DNA of 64,000 nt from Moniliella sp. 'wahieum' (taxonomy: Eukaryota): positions 1 through 64,000 of the forward strand of contig RSEE01000077.1 of NCBI GenBank assembly GCA_003971905.1, in the 5' to 3' direction. The notes under the pieces were generated by a model. That model saw nothing but the letters and a program-made list of their open reading frames with translations, was not told where the DNA came from and made no database searches. Shown here one piece after another: positions 24,440-36,879 of the stretch (positions are counted from its first letter, which is position 1; every line of letters begins with the position of its first letter). The position numbers and the translations under genes are program-made.

Positions 24440-25250
24440 TTAATACGTTTAGTATGCGTAGGAGAGTAGTGGTGGTAGTAAATACCATCAGGTGCCTCTC
24501 AGGTGGAGGCATCAGGCACGCCATCATCAGGTCTGAGCCTCCGGCCTTGTCGCGGCGTGCTAACAATCGCAGCAAAAAGAACCTTAGTGTCTAGTTGTAA
24601 ATTTCAAACACCTTGATTGGTTGGTCAGATCGGTCAGAGCGCCACATTGCTTGTTGCACCGAGTGTCTGATCGTCCCATGCGTCACACGACTCCCGCAAA
24701 GCCATTGTTCTGTAAAAAGAATCGACGGTGCGGATACCGACACCGATTGTCGGCAATGCTCTCTTAGATCTCAGAACCTCAGAGCCTTCGGCCAGAGCCT
24801 CCGGCCCCTCAGTCCTCAGGGTCTCAGGCTTTGTAGATGACCAGAGAGCAGGCAGTTGATGGTGTGTATTGCGTTGTACAAGAGCTACAGGGCTAGAGGA
24901 TATTCCTTTTCCTGCGGACCTGCCCGCCAGGAAGGAATATTGGAAGGATTGAACCGGAAGGTTCCGGACTGGGGCTACCGCCACCACGTACACGTGTGGC
25001 GTCACAGGTCTGAGCTTGGGCCTGAGCCTCAGGCCGCTGGGGAGGGGCTTACAACTCACGCGCTCACAGCCCTTCAAGCGCCAAGCTTTAAAAAATGCTT
25101 TTCTGCCTCAGACTCCCGCCGTACTCACAATGCGCTCCCATCTCAGAGCACAGCAAAAAGCCAGAAACAAGGGGAAGCGAATCCTGGAACAGGTAACCGT
25201 CGGTAACGTACTAAGTCCTAATCCTTTTTTGTGGCGGCTTAGTGGGAACA
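24440..25250 (-). pseudogene. Decayed Ty3/gypsy RT-RNase H relic, interrupted by an LTR-like repeat
   Basis: LGLS..RYRRLPVPGFAS (~25220-25175; cf. FLGLxxYYRRFVPxFA), KAF, CDAWDDQTLGA (cf. CDASDxxLGA), DTKVLFAAIVS (cf. DKELLAIV), LMVFT, all in the expected order; many stops and indels. Confidence 0.45.
24832..25006 (-). mobile_element. Diverged solo-LTR-like dispersed repeat, copy B
   Basis: Homologous to 1280-1436; minus strand reads TGTGACGCC...CATCTACA; flanks GGCTT / GGTCT may be a decayed TSD. Confidence 0.5.
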
Positions 25251-25399
25251 GATAGATGCATGATGCATGTTGGGACAGGAGCGCAGGAGTAGGTAGGAGC
25301 GCCAAGCTGGATGGCAGACGGTCTCCGGTAGCCCGGGAACAGGGGTCCCCATAGCGGGAATGCAGCGGAGCTCTGTAGCACTTGCCACCGTGGTGATGT

Positions 25400-26630
25400 G
25401 AACGGGTGAACGTGTTCAACGCTTAACGTTTACTAGTTACTAGTTACTAGTTACCAGTTCAACGTACTTAAAACTTAACGTGTTCAATTGAACTCAACCT
25501 TGTGAACCAGTGACCGGACCCAGGCCCCAGGACTACTACAACCGGTGACCGGTGCCCAAAAACAGATATGAGATCTCAGCCCTTCTGAGATCTGAGATGT
25601 GAGAAAATGCGAGACTTTGAGAACTGAGAGAGAGGCCACAGCCTGAGCCCCTGGAGCGCGGAGACTTGAGGTTGAACGTTGAGTCACTCTAGTCACTATC
25701 ACTGGTCAAGTAACTAGTCAGATCTCAGATCTATTCAGATCTTGTCAGATCCAGATCTCAGATCCTCAGAGCTAGTCAGCCTAGTCGGCCTCGGCTTCAG
25801 GCCTCAGCGCCTCAGCCTCACCGGCCTCACCGGTTAGTGGCTATTAGTGAGAGCCATGTGCGATGGCAGGCACATAAGATCTAAGAGCGCACCAGCACCA
25901 CCGACGTGGCGCCTGAGCCTCACGCGTCACGCGTCACGCCTCACGGGTGGTGCATGCTCGTTCATCGAGTTCATCGATCATCGCCATCGATCATCCGTCG
26001 ACATCCTTGTCAACGTCCACCCATCCAACCTTCTGCAACGTGCGTTCAACACGTTCAACGTTCAACTGAACGTTGAGATCAACATCAATCCATCCCATCG
26101 CTCCAAACTCGACTCGACATGCCATTGAAGCTTGAAGCTTGAAGATTGATATTGATATTGATCCTGCAACGAAGTTGCCGGTCACCAAGTCACCGGCGTC
26201 TAACGTCGCTTAACGTTTAACGCTTACACGTAGCGCGTAAGCCCAACGCCTAACGCCGAACGACTATCGACTATCGCTTCTACCCACCACACGACCGCTC
26301 TCGGCAAAATGGCCGAGAAGCAACAGCTCAAGCTGAACGCTGAGGCGCTGAGATAGGTTGCTCACAGCTGCGCGCCGAGCACTGAGGCCGTTCTAAAGGT
26401 CCTTAAAGCTTAAGGCTAAGGCCTGCTGTGGCCCTGGGCCTTGAGTGCGAGACCAGGCGAGACCTGAAAGCTCTGTCTGGTGCATGATGCTTTTGAAGAG
26501 CGAGTGGGGCCATCAGGCATCAACTGCATCAACGCACCAACCATTTCCTTTTTTAAAGCGTGCCACGTCCAACGTTGCACGTTCACGCGTTCACGTTCAT
26601 TGATCAAATTGATCATCGATCATCATGTTC
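25400..26630. repeat. Dense mosaic of short palindromic tandem repeats
   Basis: (TTACTAG)3, (CAGATCT)2, (CACGCGT)2, GTTCAAC runs, (TTGAAGC)2+, ACCGGTGACCGGT, CTTAAAGCTTAAGG. Confidence 0.85.
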
Positions 26631-27288
26631 ATGCAGCATCAGCGACATTGTCGTCGACGTCGACATCGGTGGGAGACTTGGAAAGCGTGGAAAGTTCCAG
26701 CATGGAAAGCTTGCTGTGGCCTGCTTACGCGCACGCGCGTCCTGGTCATGCGATTCAACAAGAAAGCAGTGGCGCTCGTAACTAGTAAGAAGCTAGAACG
26801 CATATCGAAATGCACACAGTTGCTTGGCCAAAGAGGCTAGGAGTATGTAGATGGAGAAGCAGGAGCTCTGGAGGACTAGGACTATCTCGTTTCTTCGCGC
26901 GTAGAATAGTTCTGAGTGAGTACTGAGTTACTTTGTACTTCAAGCTTCAAGTACTTAGGATTCAATATTCAGTGGCGGCGTCGGAAGGACCGAAGCACCC
27001 TGGCGAGGGTGTGGTGGGTGTGTGGTTCTGCAGAAGGAGTTCGTGGGGGGTGGGGAGAGCAGTGCATGGTTGCAGGTTGGCCCACAGGCCTCAGGGTGCA
27101 GGACCTCAGGCCTCAGGCTCAGGGCGTCACGCGCGTCACGCGTCAGTGTAGGTAGATCGAGCACAGAGTGGAGCGTGCAAGCCCAGCCAGGCCGTTTGAG
27201 AACCCAGAGAATTGAAACAGCCGGAACAGGGCGGAGAAGCACGGCGGGTGCAGAGCAAGAAGACAAAAAGCCAAGCACGGAAACGAGT

Positions 27289-27349
27289 GGCGAGAGGCGA
27301 GAGGCGAGAGGCGAGAGGCGACAGGCGAGAGGCGACAGGCGAGAGGCGA
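27289..27349. repeat. (GGCGAGA/GGCGACA)n heptamer repeat
   Basis: About 8 tandem units. Confidence 0.9.
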
Positions 27350-28221
27350 GTGGTCGGTGAAGATCTGAATGATAGTGGGGAGGGTTATGCGTGATGGGCG
27401 AGGCGGGCGAGGAAGAGCGCGTGAGGCGGGGAGAGGGGAGGAGCGCTACTGGGTACGATGAGGTGCCCCGAAAATTCGTAAGTTATCCAGCCGGAGCGCC
27501 AGTCTTTGGCTGCTATCTGGGGCAGAACGCTCCGATGGATGAGATCGATGATCGCTGGTCTGAGCTCGGAGAGCGCGTGAGCGCGTGAGCACTGAGAATC
27601 GAGCAGTACGCTCCCGAGCCTGTGGAGATGGGAGATCCGCTGGCGCTGCCAGTGCCGTGTCCAACACATGCCACGCCACGCCACGCCCGCCATGGCGGTG
27701 GGAGAGCAGCAGAGAGGAGGCGTACGTTGCCAGACGCGCCTAGGGCGGCACGGGTGGCATCTGTGGCCGATAGGCTCTGCCAGTGCTCGGCTCCGGCCCT
27801 TCTCACATTGTCTGGGATCTGAGCCACCGGACAGGTGGCTGGACGCAGGGTCCGCTGGGGACCCTCTTCTTCCGGCCCCTTGTCGTGCAAGCAGGGGGCC
27901 ACCCACCGCGCTGCCGCGCACTAGCCCGCACCCACTCCACGCAGACGTGTAACATTTTGCCAACGTTCACCGGTCACCGACCGTTCAGCGCCGCAAACCT
28001 GCAAGCCCGCCGACCGTCTCTTATACCGCCTCCGTTCATCCCCCGACCCCAGCCCCCTCCCCTTCCTCCTCTTCTTCGCCCGACCCTCCACCCCCTCTCT
28101 CCCCCTCCAGCCAGCGGACAGACATACCCGCGCGCGCTCCCTCCTCCTCTTCACTTCTCTGCTTGAACGGTTCTCCCCAACCTCTTTTTTTTCCAGCCCC
28201 CAACTTCTCTTTGCTCTCACC

Positions 28222-28697
28222 ATGAACGCCTACGCTTCCGACTGTTTCAGCACCTTCTGCATGCCCTTTTTGGGCCAATGTGCGTCCCAACCTGCCCCCC
28301 TCTGTCCCAGCTCTGTGTCTTTTGCGTATTGACCCACCGCCTGGCTTTCCCGCAGTCCGCATCTGCCAAATCCTCTGCACCTGTGCCTGCTTGGACCACC
28401 GTTTCGGCTGTGGCTGGGACGCTGGTGAATTTGACCACTCGGACCAGGACGTGGACGATGTCGCTGCGGCGGCCCGGGGAGCGTCGCAAGCAAGCACGCC
28501 TGGCCAAGAAGGGGGGACCGAGCATGACCCCCTCCGCCAGCTACGCGCCCACGGCTGCCGACACTTCTGCCGATGAGAAGCAACACTCCGAACGGAGGCA
28601 GAGGCCAAAGTCGAGCCCGAGCCCGAGGCTGAGACCACGACCGAACCCATTGTTCCTGTCCACCAACCATCGGCGGATCACCACCCCTCTCCGCTGA
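28222..28697 (+). CDS. Small spliced protein with a Cys-rich N-terminus
   Basis: ATG 28222 after a CT-rich leader; intron 28280-28355 (GTGCGT, ATTGAC, CAG) splices in frame to MNAYASDCFSTFCMPFLGQFRICQILCTCACLDHRFGCGWDAGEFD. C-terminus uncertain (stop at 28576 or later). Confidence 0.6.
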
Positions 28698-29941
28698 GCC
28701 AGTAACTCTCCGCCCAAGATACCGCGTACCCGCATTCAACCCCGAGGTCGTTTAATGATGTACTTGGGTGAGCTTAGGTTCTCCTTCCTGGCTGGACACA
28801 ACGGGCCTCCGATCTCATGGCTCAAGCCTCAAGTCTCAAGTCACCTTCACTCTCTTTCTTCCGACTGCATCCATCGTCCCCCCTCCCCCCTCCCCTTCAA
28901 CTCTCTGTTGAGCCTCCCGTCACCCAACTCGCGTTAGTTTTGCTTCGCTTCTTCTCTCCCTTTTTGCTGCCTAGTCTACATGCCATTCCTTCTCCACTTT
29001 CCCGCCCGCACCTCACGCTTTTACTTCCAATGCGTTTTGCTTCGTTTCTTGTTGGGCCGATCATATCGTGCGACCAAGGTCAAGCTCATGGTTATGGTTA
29101 TGGTCATGGTCATGACCAAAGTCAAGCTCTTGTCTCCCCACCTGGAACAGTCAAGTGAGCCAGGAAAGGAGACAGGGCCTCCTTTTGTTCTGTCGCCGGT
29201 CCCAAATGACCGAGTCCCACTGATTCTTGCTTGCATGGCCCAAATGTTTTTGTTGGATGTGTCCCCTGCGCATGTCGATGACGCGCGGGGGACTCGTGAT
29301 GAGTAACCGGAAGTCTCCTGCACAGCCGTCGGTGTCCTGTGGCTGGTGATTGAGAGACGCGCCTTCAATTGGGCTTCTTAGCACATAGGATCTCATGGGA
29401 AGCGAAATGGACGCGCTCGACGCTGTTAAGGGGGAGATCGGCAAAGTGTTTCGGTATCATTATGCGTCAGCGCACCTTCGTTTCGCCTCTTACGTCCTGC
29501 CTGATGGATGCCTGATGCACCTGATGGTGCTGCCTACGTATGACCTTCCCTCGGGCAATGGTGGAAGTGCATTCGACTTGGGACTTTCTTTGGAGCTCTT
29601 GTCCTGGCTCGCACAGCGCGTACAGCGCGTACAGCCACGCTGTGAGCCCTCAGGCCTCAGGCCTCGGATCTTCACACCTACTGCTTTGTTGGTTACCTTG
29701 GGTCGGGGAGCATGCGTGGTGAGTTCTGCGGGCTGGCGGGGGCGCTGTCCAAAACATCTTATATGAAACCCTCAAGAGTGCCCAGAGGTGCCCTGTCAGT
29801 GCATCAGATAGTAGGAAGGCACTGCTTGTATCTTGCTTTCGGTCGCCCAGCCTCTGTATCTATATCGCCACTCTACCTCCATCCCGATCTATAGTTCCCA
29901 TACCCAAGAGTTCGGAAGTGGTGTGAAATGCGTGACAAAGA

Positions 29942-30062
29942 GGGGAAGATTGGGAAGATTGGGAAGATGGGAAAGATGGGGAAGATGGGAAGATGGGGAA
30001 GATGGGGAAGATGGGGAAGATGGGTAAGAGGGGAAGACGGGAAGAAGGGGGGGGGGGGGGGG
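29942..30062. repeat. (GGGGAAGAT)n repeat followed by a poly-G run
   Basis: About 11 units of 8-9 bp, then a G tract at ~30046-30062. Confidence 0.9.
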
Positions 30063-30110
30063 AAGGAAAGAGAGGAGATTTGATGCAGTGATAGATAGAT
30101 GGGTGACTTG

Positions 30111-32167
30111 TTATTCCAGGGTAAACGGAGGTGCGGTAAGCACATCAGGGGAGAAGAGTCTAGGCGAATGCTCGCAGGGGGCAGAAGATGCCGTGGCCGA
30201 GAGGGTGGAGACAACCGATTCGGACCAGCTGGGCTGCCGTACGGCCCAGAGCACGTTAAATGGGGATTCGGTAGGGGAGGGGGCATGGGAAACGCTAGCC
30301 GAGGGAGCAGCGGTGGAGGCATTGGCTGTTCCGGGAGCCGAGGCGCTCTGAACCTTGTGGTCCATCAGGAAAGGAGAAACAGTGGATGCGTACGGAGGAG
30401 GACGCTCCGGCTTGGAAGGGAGAGGAGGTACGGGCGCAGGCTGAAGGGGCCTGGGTCTGTAGGGATGGCAAGGTCACCCAGTTGAGCCACGCTGAGTTGG
30501 GCAGCCCTCGAGAGAGAGAAGCGAGGGGAGCATCTTCTTGTTGATAGGGAGCTTGGGAGAGCATAGAATGGGGGGTCGTAATGGAGAAGCCCGAGAGAGC
30601 TGGCTTGTCAGGTTCCTCGTCGGATGCCAGGCCGGGCTCCACCCATCCAACCCTTCGTCGGAGGAAGATACTTTCATCCTCTCCCCCTCGTCCCCGTACC
30701 CCGCCTCTTGCTCGCTATCATCCTCATCATCGTCATCATCATCGTCATCGTCATCGTCACCATCCTCGTTGAGCATCTCCTCGATCGTCTGTAGCACCTC
30801 TTCAAATTGGGCACGAATGATGGTCTGGCCCTCGGGCACACTGCCGTCGGCGGCAAGCCACTTGCGCCCCCCGGTAGGATTTCCGTCTTTGTCCTTCACC
30901 TCGCTGCGCATCGCATCGATCTGGTGCAGGGCGAGGCGGTAGGGATAGAGGTCACGCATGGTGTAGGGTCCGCCGTATTTGCTTACCTCCTTTAAGCACT
31001 TGGAGATGGTGGACAACTTGTTGCTGATCGGCATGAGTTCCTCACCGATAGGCTCGCTGGAGGCAACCAAGCGGTAGACCAACCCATAGCACCGTCGCAG
31101 CAGAAAGAGCAGGACCAATTGGCCTTCGGGCTGGTGTCCTTCCGAATCGATAAACTTTCCATTTACCCGCATCCGGTCAATCTCCTTCAGGGTCATTTGG
31201 TAGTTCCACAGATCCGTCTCGCGTAGCGTCCAGCGACGCGTGCGTGTCAGATCCTCCAGTTCTTTCTTGATTCCCATCAGGCGGTCATAAATCGGCTGCA
31301 GCGTCATCGGCACTTCATCCGCCCGTACATTGATCTCGTGGCAAATCTCAAATCCCTCCTCGAGGATGCCAACAAGAATGGCCTGACCTGCCGGTACACT
31401 CGACCCACCCGGTCCCAAAAACTTGCCATCAACCCTTTTGGAATCGATCCGCCTCAGCTCTTCCTGCAACGCCTTGACCTCCGCGCGAGGGATCTTGGGC
31501 CGGGCGGCAGCCGCGACAATTTGCCGCCGGAGCGAAATGAGGCGCTGATGGATGGGCACCAACTCGACCGATAGCACAGTGAGTGTGGCCTGTAAATTCC
31601 TTAGGACACGTAAACAAGTGTCGAGCTTGCGCATCATTAGCTTGGTCAAGGCAGGGGGGTGTTTGCCGGCCTCGGCATCGGCGCGAACCATGGCCTTGAG
31701 CTCAGTCAGACGGGTGGAAAACGGCTCGAGGTCCGCCTCAGTGTACACCCCGCCTTCACTGAGGTGGTCCAGGAGTTGCTTCATACAGCTCAGCTGGCAG
31801 AACGCAGCGGGCGTTTCGCGGTTACGGCCAATGGTGAGGAAAAAGAGGGACAAGAGGGAAAAGACGTCGTTCAGCGTCGTGTCCACCGGTTCCCGCATGG
31901 CACTTGGCTTTGAGCATGGCTCTCCTGAGCAGCCATGCTGGTGGTAGGCGCGTTGGCCCCAACGGCGTCTTCGTCCTCGGCTGGGGTGGCATCGTGCTCA
32001 TCACGAATGGCGTTGAGGCGAGTGACTTGCTTGATGACGGCCTTGTAGATGTCCAGCACCTGGGCACGGGTGTACTGGCCGCTGTCCTTTTTGAGGCGGG
32101 TGAGGCGGTTGCGGATGTCGACGAGGGCTTCGAGGATGGGCTGCTCGGCGGCAGGAATTGCAGACAT
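30111..32167 (-). CDS. DUF2408/UPF0662 family protein (yeast YPL260W-like)
   Basis: EQPILEALVDIRNRLTRLKKD, DVFSLLSLFFLTIGRN, RWTLRETDLWNYQ, LLRRCYGLVYRL; poly-Asp tract; low-complexity frameshifted tail. Confidence 0.88.
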
Positions 32168-33074
32168 GACGGTGGTGGTGGGGAGCGAGACTGGTTTGGG
32201 CGGCGGTCAGACGGCGGAATTTAATTGGTCCGGCCATCCCCCATGTGTGGGATGCGCCTGAACGACGCAGAGGAGCCGGATATCGATCGCGACGAATCGG
32301 CCGCGCCTCCGCCTTGTCGTTTCGGCTCTAGCCGGCCAGCAGGGCTACTCGATACCAGCTTACCAGCCACTGGGTTCGGCCTTGGGCAAGACACGACACC
32401 CGCGGAGGTACCCAGCGAGGCGCAGCTCAGCACGCTCCCGTGTTCGCGATGCGCAGCCCGCCGCCGCTCAGCCGCCGCGTGCCGTCGCCGCGGCCCCGCC
32501 TGGCCAGCGCCCCCCACGCCGCTCGACACTCCGACTCAGCTGGGCACACATGATGCGTGACAGGCATGGCGCAGGTTCCCATCCTGCTCCTGGTCACCTG
32601 GCCGCTGCTCGGCCCTGCTCGGCATCGGAACTAGGAGAATGCTCATGCACTCAGTACTCATGTCCGATGATGTCCGAAGCGCCGTGAACATTTCTTCTCC
32701 ACTTCAAAACGCCTGTAACCGAACAGCCCGCAGGCCATTCTACGCTTCGTCCAGTACTACCTACCCCAGGCGGTCTCTTGGTTACTGTCTTCCAGCCTCC
32801 GAACCTCGTAGCAGCCGGGACACCAGCCATCCCCGCGGCTTTAATCCCTGATCCTCGTCGATTGTCCATCGTCTCCATCGTCCATCGTAATCTCCATCGT
32901 CCTTCGTCCATATACTAGTGACCCACGGTGTACTGTTCTACCACGGTCCGAGGCGCAGCCATGGTCTCCGGTGCGCCCGAATCCCTCGAGGTGTAGGTGC
33001 CCTCCATTGCTGATCTGCCGGACGGGCTTGGTCCGTTTCTTCTGTGGTCCAACATGAATGCAATGGGAAAAAAG

Positions 33075-33179
33075 TGCACTCGCTGGGATTCGAACCCGGG
33101 CAACAACTTATGCTAGCTCCTCGTGATGGAACCCCAATGGCATGGGAAAGTTGCATCTTAACCACTTGATCACGAGTGC
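33075..33179 (-). tRNA. tRNA-Gly(CCC) with a 33-nt intron
   Basis: Acceptor GCACTCG/CGAGTGC, D-loop AGTGGTT, anticodon stem CAACT/AGTTG with loop TT-CCC-A|intron|A, T-loop GGTTCGAATCC, downstream T6 terminator; mature length 72 nt. Confidence 0.92.
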
Positions 33180-33699
33180 TTGTGTGGCTTGCACGGATAC
33201 GAAAGATATACAATGTCATCTACAAGTTTTGTCTCCTTCATTCACTTGTGATCACCTGATGGCCCAGACCCATGGACCGAGCTGGGCTGCGAGCTGGGGG
33301 CAGACACTTGGCCACTGGCCTGCGCCACATCACACGCACGGAGAAGCAGCCGCCTCGAGTGGGACGCAGCCAGGGAGCGGATCAGCGCGATCAGCGATCG
33401 GCGCTCAGCGGCGATGACCGATGATGGCGAGGCTTGCGGCCCAGGGGCAGTGTCGATCGGCAACGTCCAACCCTACTGGCAGCTGGTGGGGCCTCCTGCG
33501 GCCTGGGCCTGCCGCCGACGCAAGCCAAGCGCTGGGCATTGCAACTTGAAACGTCGTGCGCTCTTCGCGAGGAGGCTCACGCTAACACCCGCCCGGCACC
33601 CACGCCCACTTGCGCCCCGCTGGGCGGCTCTACTGGCTACTGGCCAGCGACCACCATCCTGCCCCTGCGTCTCTGTCGCCGCCTGGCGTGTCGCGCGCC

Positions 33700-34912
33700 A
33701 TGAGCACCAACGCCGAGAAGCGTCGCACCCGCCATACGTCCCAGAACCGCCGCCGCCTTCCCACGCTCGCCGAGGTCCTGGCCCGCCGCACTGCGCCCCC
33801 GTCGACCTCTTCTGCCTCTACATCTACCTCCAGAGAGAGGACGCCGAGGATGCGCTCGACTTTTGGCTCGACGTGCAGCAGCACGAGAACCTGTGCAAGG
33901 CCTACTTTAAGGATCTCCGCAAGGCCGGCCGCAGCGTCCAGGACGAGTGGCCCGAGTTTTACGCCCTGGCCTGTGCACACGGCTCCATCTACTCCCACCT
34001 CATCGGCGTCGACGCTGCCCCCCAGACCAGTGGCCTCCCTGTTCAGAGTCCGCACCCGCCCCCCGATCACGCCATCTCATCTCCCGCACTGCCCGCTGCC
34101 ACCGCGGCCGCAGCATCGCCCATGACGCATGCATCGTCTCTGCATGTCCCCCGTTCGTCAGGCCCCCGCTTTCTGGAGACCCCGACTACCCGCTCCCGGG
34201 CATGTCCTCGCCACGACGATCCATGCTGGGCTTGTCGCTCAAACGCAATGCCCAAGCACCCACCGTCATTCCCCGTGAGGTGCCATCACCCAGACTGACC
34301 TCATCGCCTCGGCGGAGCGCATCTACGCACGCTACCTCCTCCCCGGATCGGAGAAGGAGATTTACTTCCTTCTTCCCCTGCGTATCCTCTCCTTCCCCAT
34401 CTCTGCCTCTACCCGCGCTGATGAGCAGAGCGAGGAGAGCCGCAAGGCTTTGGCTGGCATTCCAGATATGTTTCATGCGCAGAAAGAATACGTGTTCCGC
34501 ACCATGGAGGCCGATGTGTACAACTACTTTTTGCGCGCCAAGGCGTTTGGCAACCTGACACCTGCCTCGTCGCTGGTCCGATTGGTGGCGGGCTTGCTTG
34601 CTGTGCTGTGGCTGCGCTGGCTACCGGTTTCTCCTTCATTTTCCTTGATGTGGACCGGCAAAAACGGGTGCTGGGTGATTCTCCCCTTCACCATCGCCAT
34701 TCTTTGTCTCATCTCGCATCAGTACGAACTGGATCCACTGTTGCATCTTTGCTTCCACCGGTCCGAGACAACGCCTTTCAAGTACATTCCGGTACGAGAA
34801 AAGTACATTGGCAGTTTGCTCCCCGCCGCTCCCTCGGAGTGCTTCTGATTGTCGCTTCGATCACTGCTGCGCTTTGTGTCCTGTTCATCTTTGTTCCGGG
34901 CAAACGCTCTAA
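33700..34912 (+). CDS. RAX1: Rax1-like RGS-domain polarity protein
   Basis: RLPTLAEVLARRTAPPVDLF, LDFWLDVQQHENLC, FLRAKAFGNLT, three C-terminal TM segments, ends FVPGKR(L)*. Confidence 0.88.
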
Positions 34913-35176
34913 CCGCCACGTACCGTTCCTGCTTCTCTCCCTGTTTCTCTCGCTCCCTCGGCTCCCCGCCTTCACCTCCCTGCTGTGCCCACATTCGTTG
35001 TTTCTGCTGGCCAGATGGACACACGCTGTATACCAGTTTTTTGTTCCTCTTTTATCTACCGTGTGCCATCCTATCTAGGCCGCTTTGGGTACTGCAAGCA
35101 TTGGTCATTCATAGTCGGACTATAGTCGGACGGAGCTGATCCAACTCCACCAGTTGCCGATTGCCACTTTAGAGGC

Positions 35177-36434
35177 TTAGTTGGTGGGCCATCCCTTCTC
35201 CACCCAGCAGGCCAAGACCACCAAGGACGTTACGGTTGGACGTGTCGCACATCCATACGCGTCTCCGTAGTGGCCGAACCAATATGGGGCAGGAGTAGGA
35301 CCCGATCCTTGATCGTTCATCCACCAGCAAAGGGGTGATCGGCCGAAAATGTTGGGTTCGCCCTCGATTACATCGAGCCCGGCCCCAGCAATCTCGCCCT
35401 GCCGCAGAGCCTCGATCAGGTCCTGCGTGTTCACCAGCCCACCACGGGAAGAATTGATGAGGAATGCAGTGGGTTTCATGGCTTTCAACACGTCCTTGTG
35501 AATGATGTGCTTCGTCTGTGGGGTCAGGTTGGCCATGACAAACAGAATGTCCGACTGCCGTGCCAGCTCCAGCTCATCTGCCACGTTCTCCACGGCAATC
35601 TCGTCATAGGGAAAGGGGTGGGCTTGCGAGGCGCGCGTTGTTGTCCGGCTTGCGTGGCCGTGGGCGGGATGGCTCCGGGGAGGGTTGAGGTCGGGCCATG
35701 TGGCAGAAATACGGGTCTTGGGGATCAAACTTCCGCGGACGGGAAGTGGTGAAGATAACCTTGCCCACCTCGAAGGCTATATATGGCGAGAAGATGAATG
35801 CATCCCATGCTCTCATGTCAGCAACCACATCAATCTGTGCTACGAAGCACCAATTCGACGTACCAGGCAACTTGAGCGCAATCGTCTGTGCGATTGCGCC
35901 AAATCCAAGGAATCCAATCGTCTTGCCGGCGAGGGTGGGACCGCACCAAGCTAACGGATACCACAAATTTGCACCCCACGTCCCCGCCTCGACCGTCTTG
36001 GTCGCCGCATTCACCCGCCGCGTCACATCCAAGGCCAAAAGCAGTGTCAAGTCCGCCACTGCACCACTTAGCACATCCGGCGTGTAGCCCACTAGGATCT
36101 TCTCCTCCTTGGGGCGGGTCGCATTGACCTGTCGCACTGCGTCCAAATCCAGGTGGTCGTACCCGGCGCTCATGGTCGCTAGCACGCGCAGCGTCGGTCC
36201 GGCCGCTTGCAGCACCTCCAAGTCAACCCGATCGGTCATCATGACTTGCAAGGCGCTTGCCCCTGGCACGTGCTCGAGCAACCAAGCACGGGAGACGGGG
36301 ATGCTGACGTCGACCTCTTGCGTGCCTGGCTTGAGCGGCGCCCACTCGACCAGCTGCACCTCGCCAGCTTGGGCGGCGGAGGTGAGCCGCGTGCTGGGAA
36401 GCTTACGGGTGGACACAACTTTGGGAACGGGCAT
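35177..36434 (-). CDS. D-isomer-specific 2-hydroxyacid dehydrogenase (glyoxylate reductase-like)
   Basis: TMSAGYDHLD, GYTPDVLS, GFLGFGAI (Rossmann), LINSSRGGLV, GAGLDV..GEP; intron ~35783-35862. Confidence 0.92.
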
Positions 36435-36879
36435 GGACGTGGTGTGAGCTTGCACGGCAGCTCAGTGGGATGTGGTGGTAGGAAACGCGGTGGAAAGGGG
36501 CGACGTTGGTCGAGGTGACCCGGTGACGCTGATCCCGACTTGGTTGTACCAGGGCCGCCGGACAGCTTACTCGATATCAAACGGAGCCAGCGAGCCCATA
36601 GCAGAAGCGAGCGACTAGACTAGTGACGCTGACGCTTCAAAGTTTGAAGCTGGGGATAATTAGTGATTGGCATTGATCAGCGATCAGCGATCGACGATCG
36701 GTGATAGAATGATAACGCGCGAGTGACTCCACCTGGGCACAGCAGAGACGGACGGACATTTTGGCACCGATCACCCCCATCCCCCCAGTAGTATACGTTC
36801 ACCTGAGGCCTGGACATTAACTCGGGGCCGGTTATCGCTATCATTTGTTGTTTCTCGAAACGCGCATGTCGGTAAAACT

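Noticed and set aside
25400..26630. CRISPR-like or regularly spaced array
   Set aside because: No constant 23-50-bp repeat with unique spacers; eukaryotic context; no cas genes.
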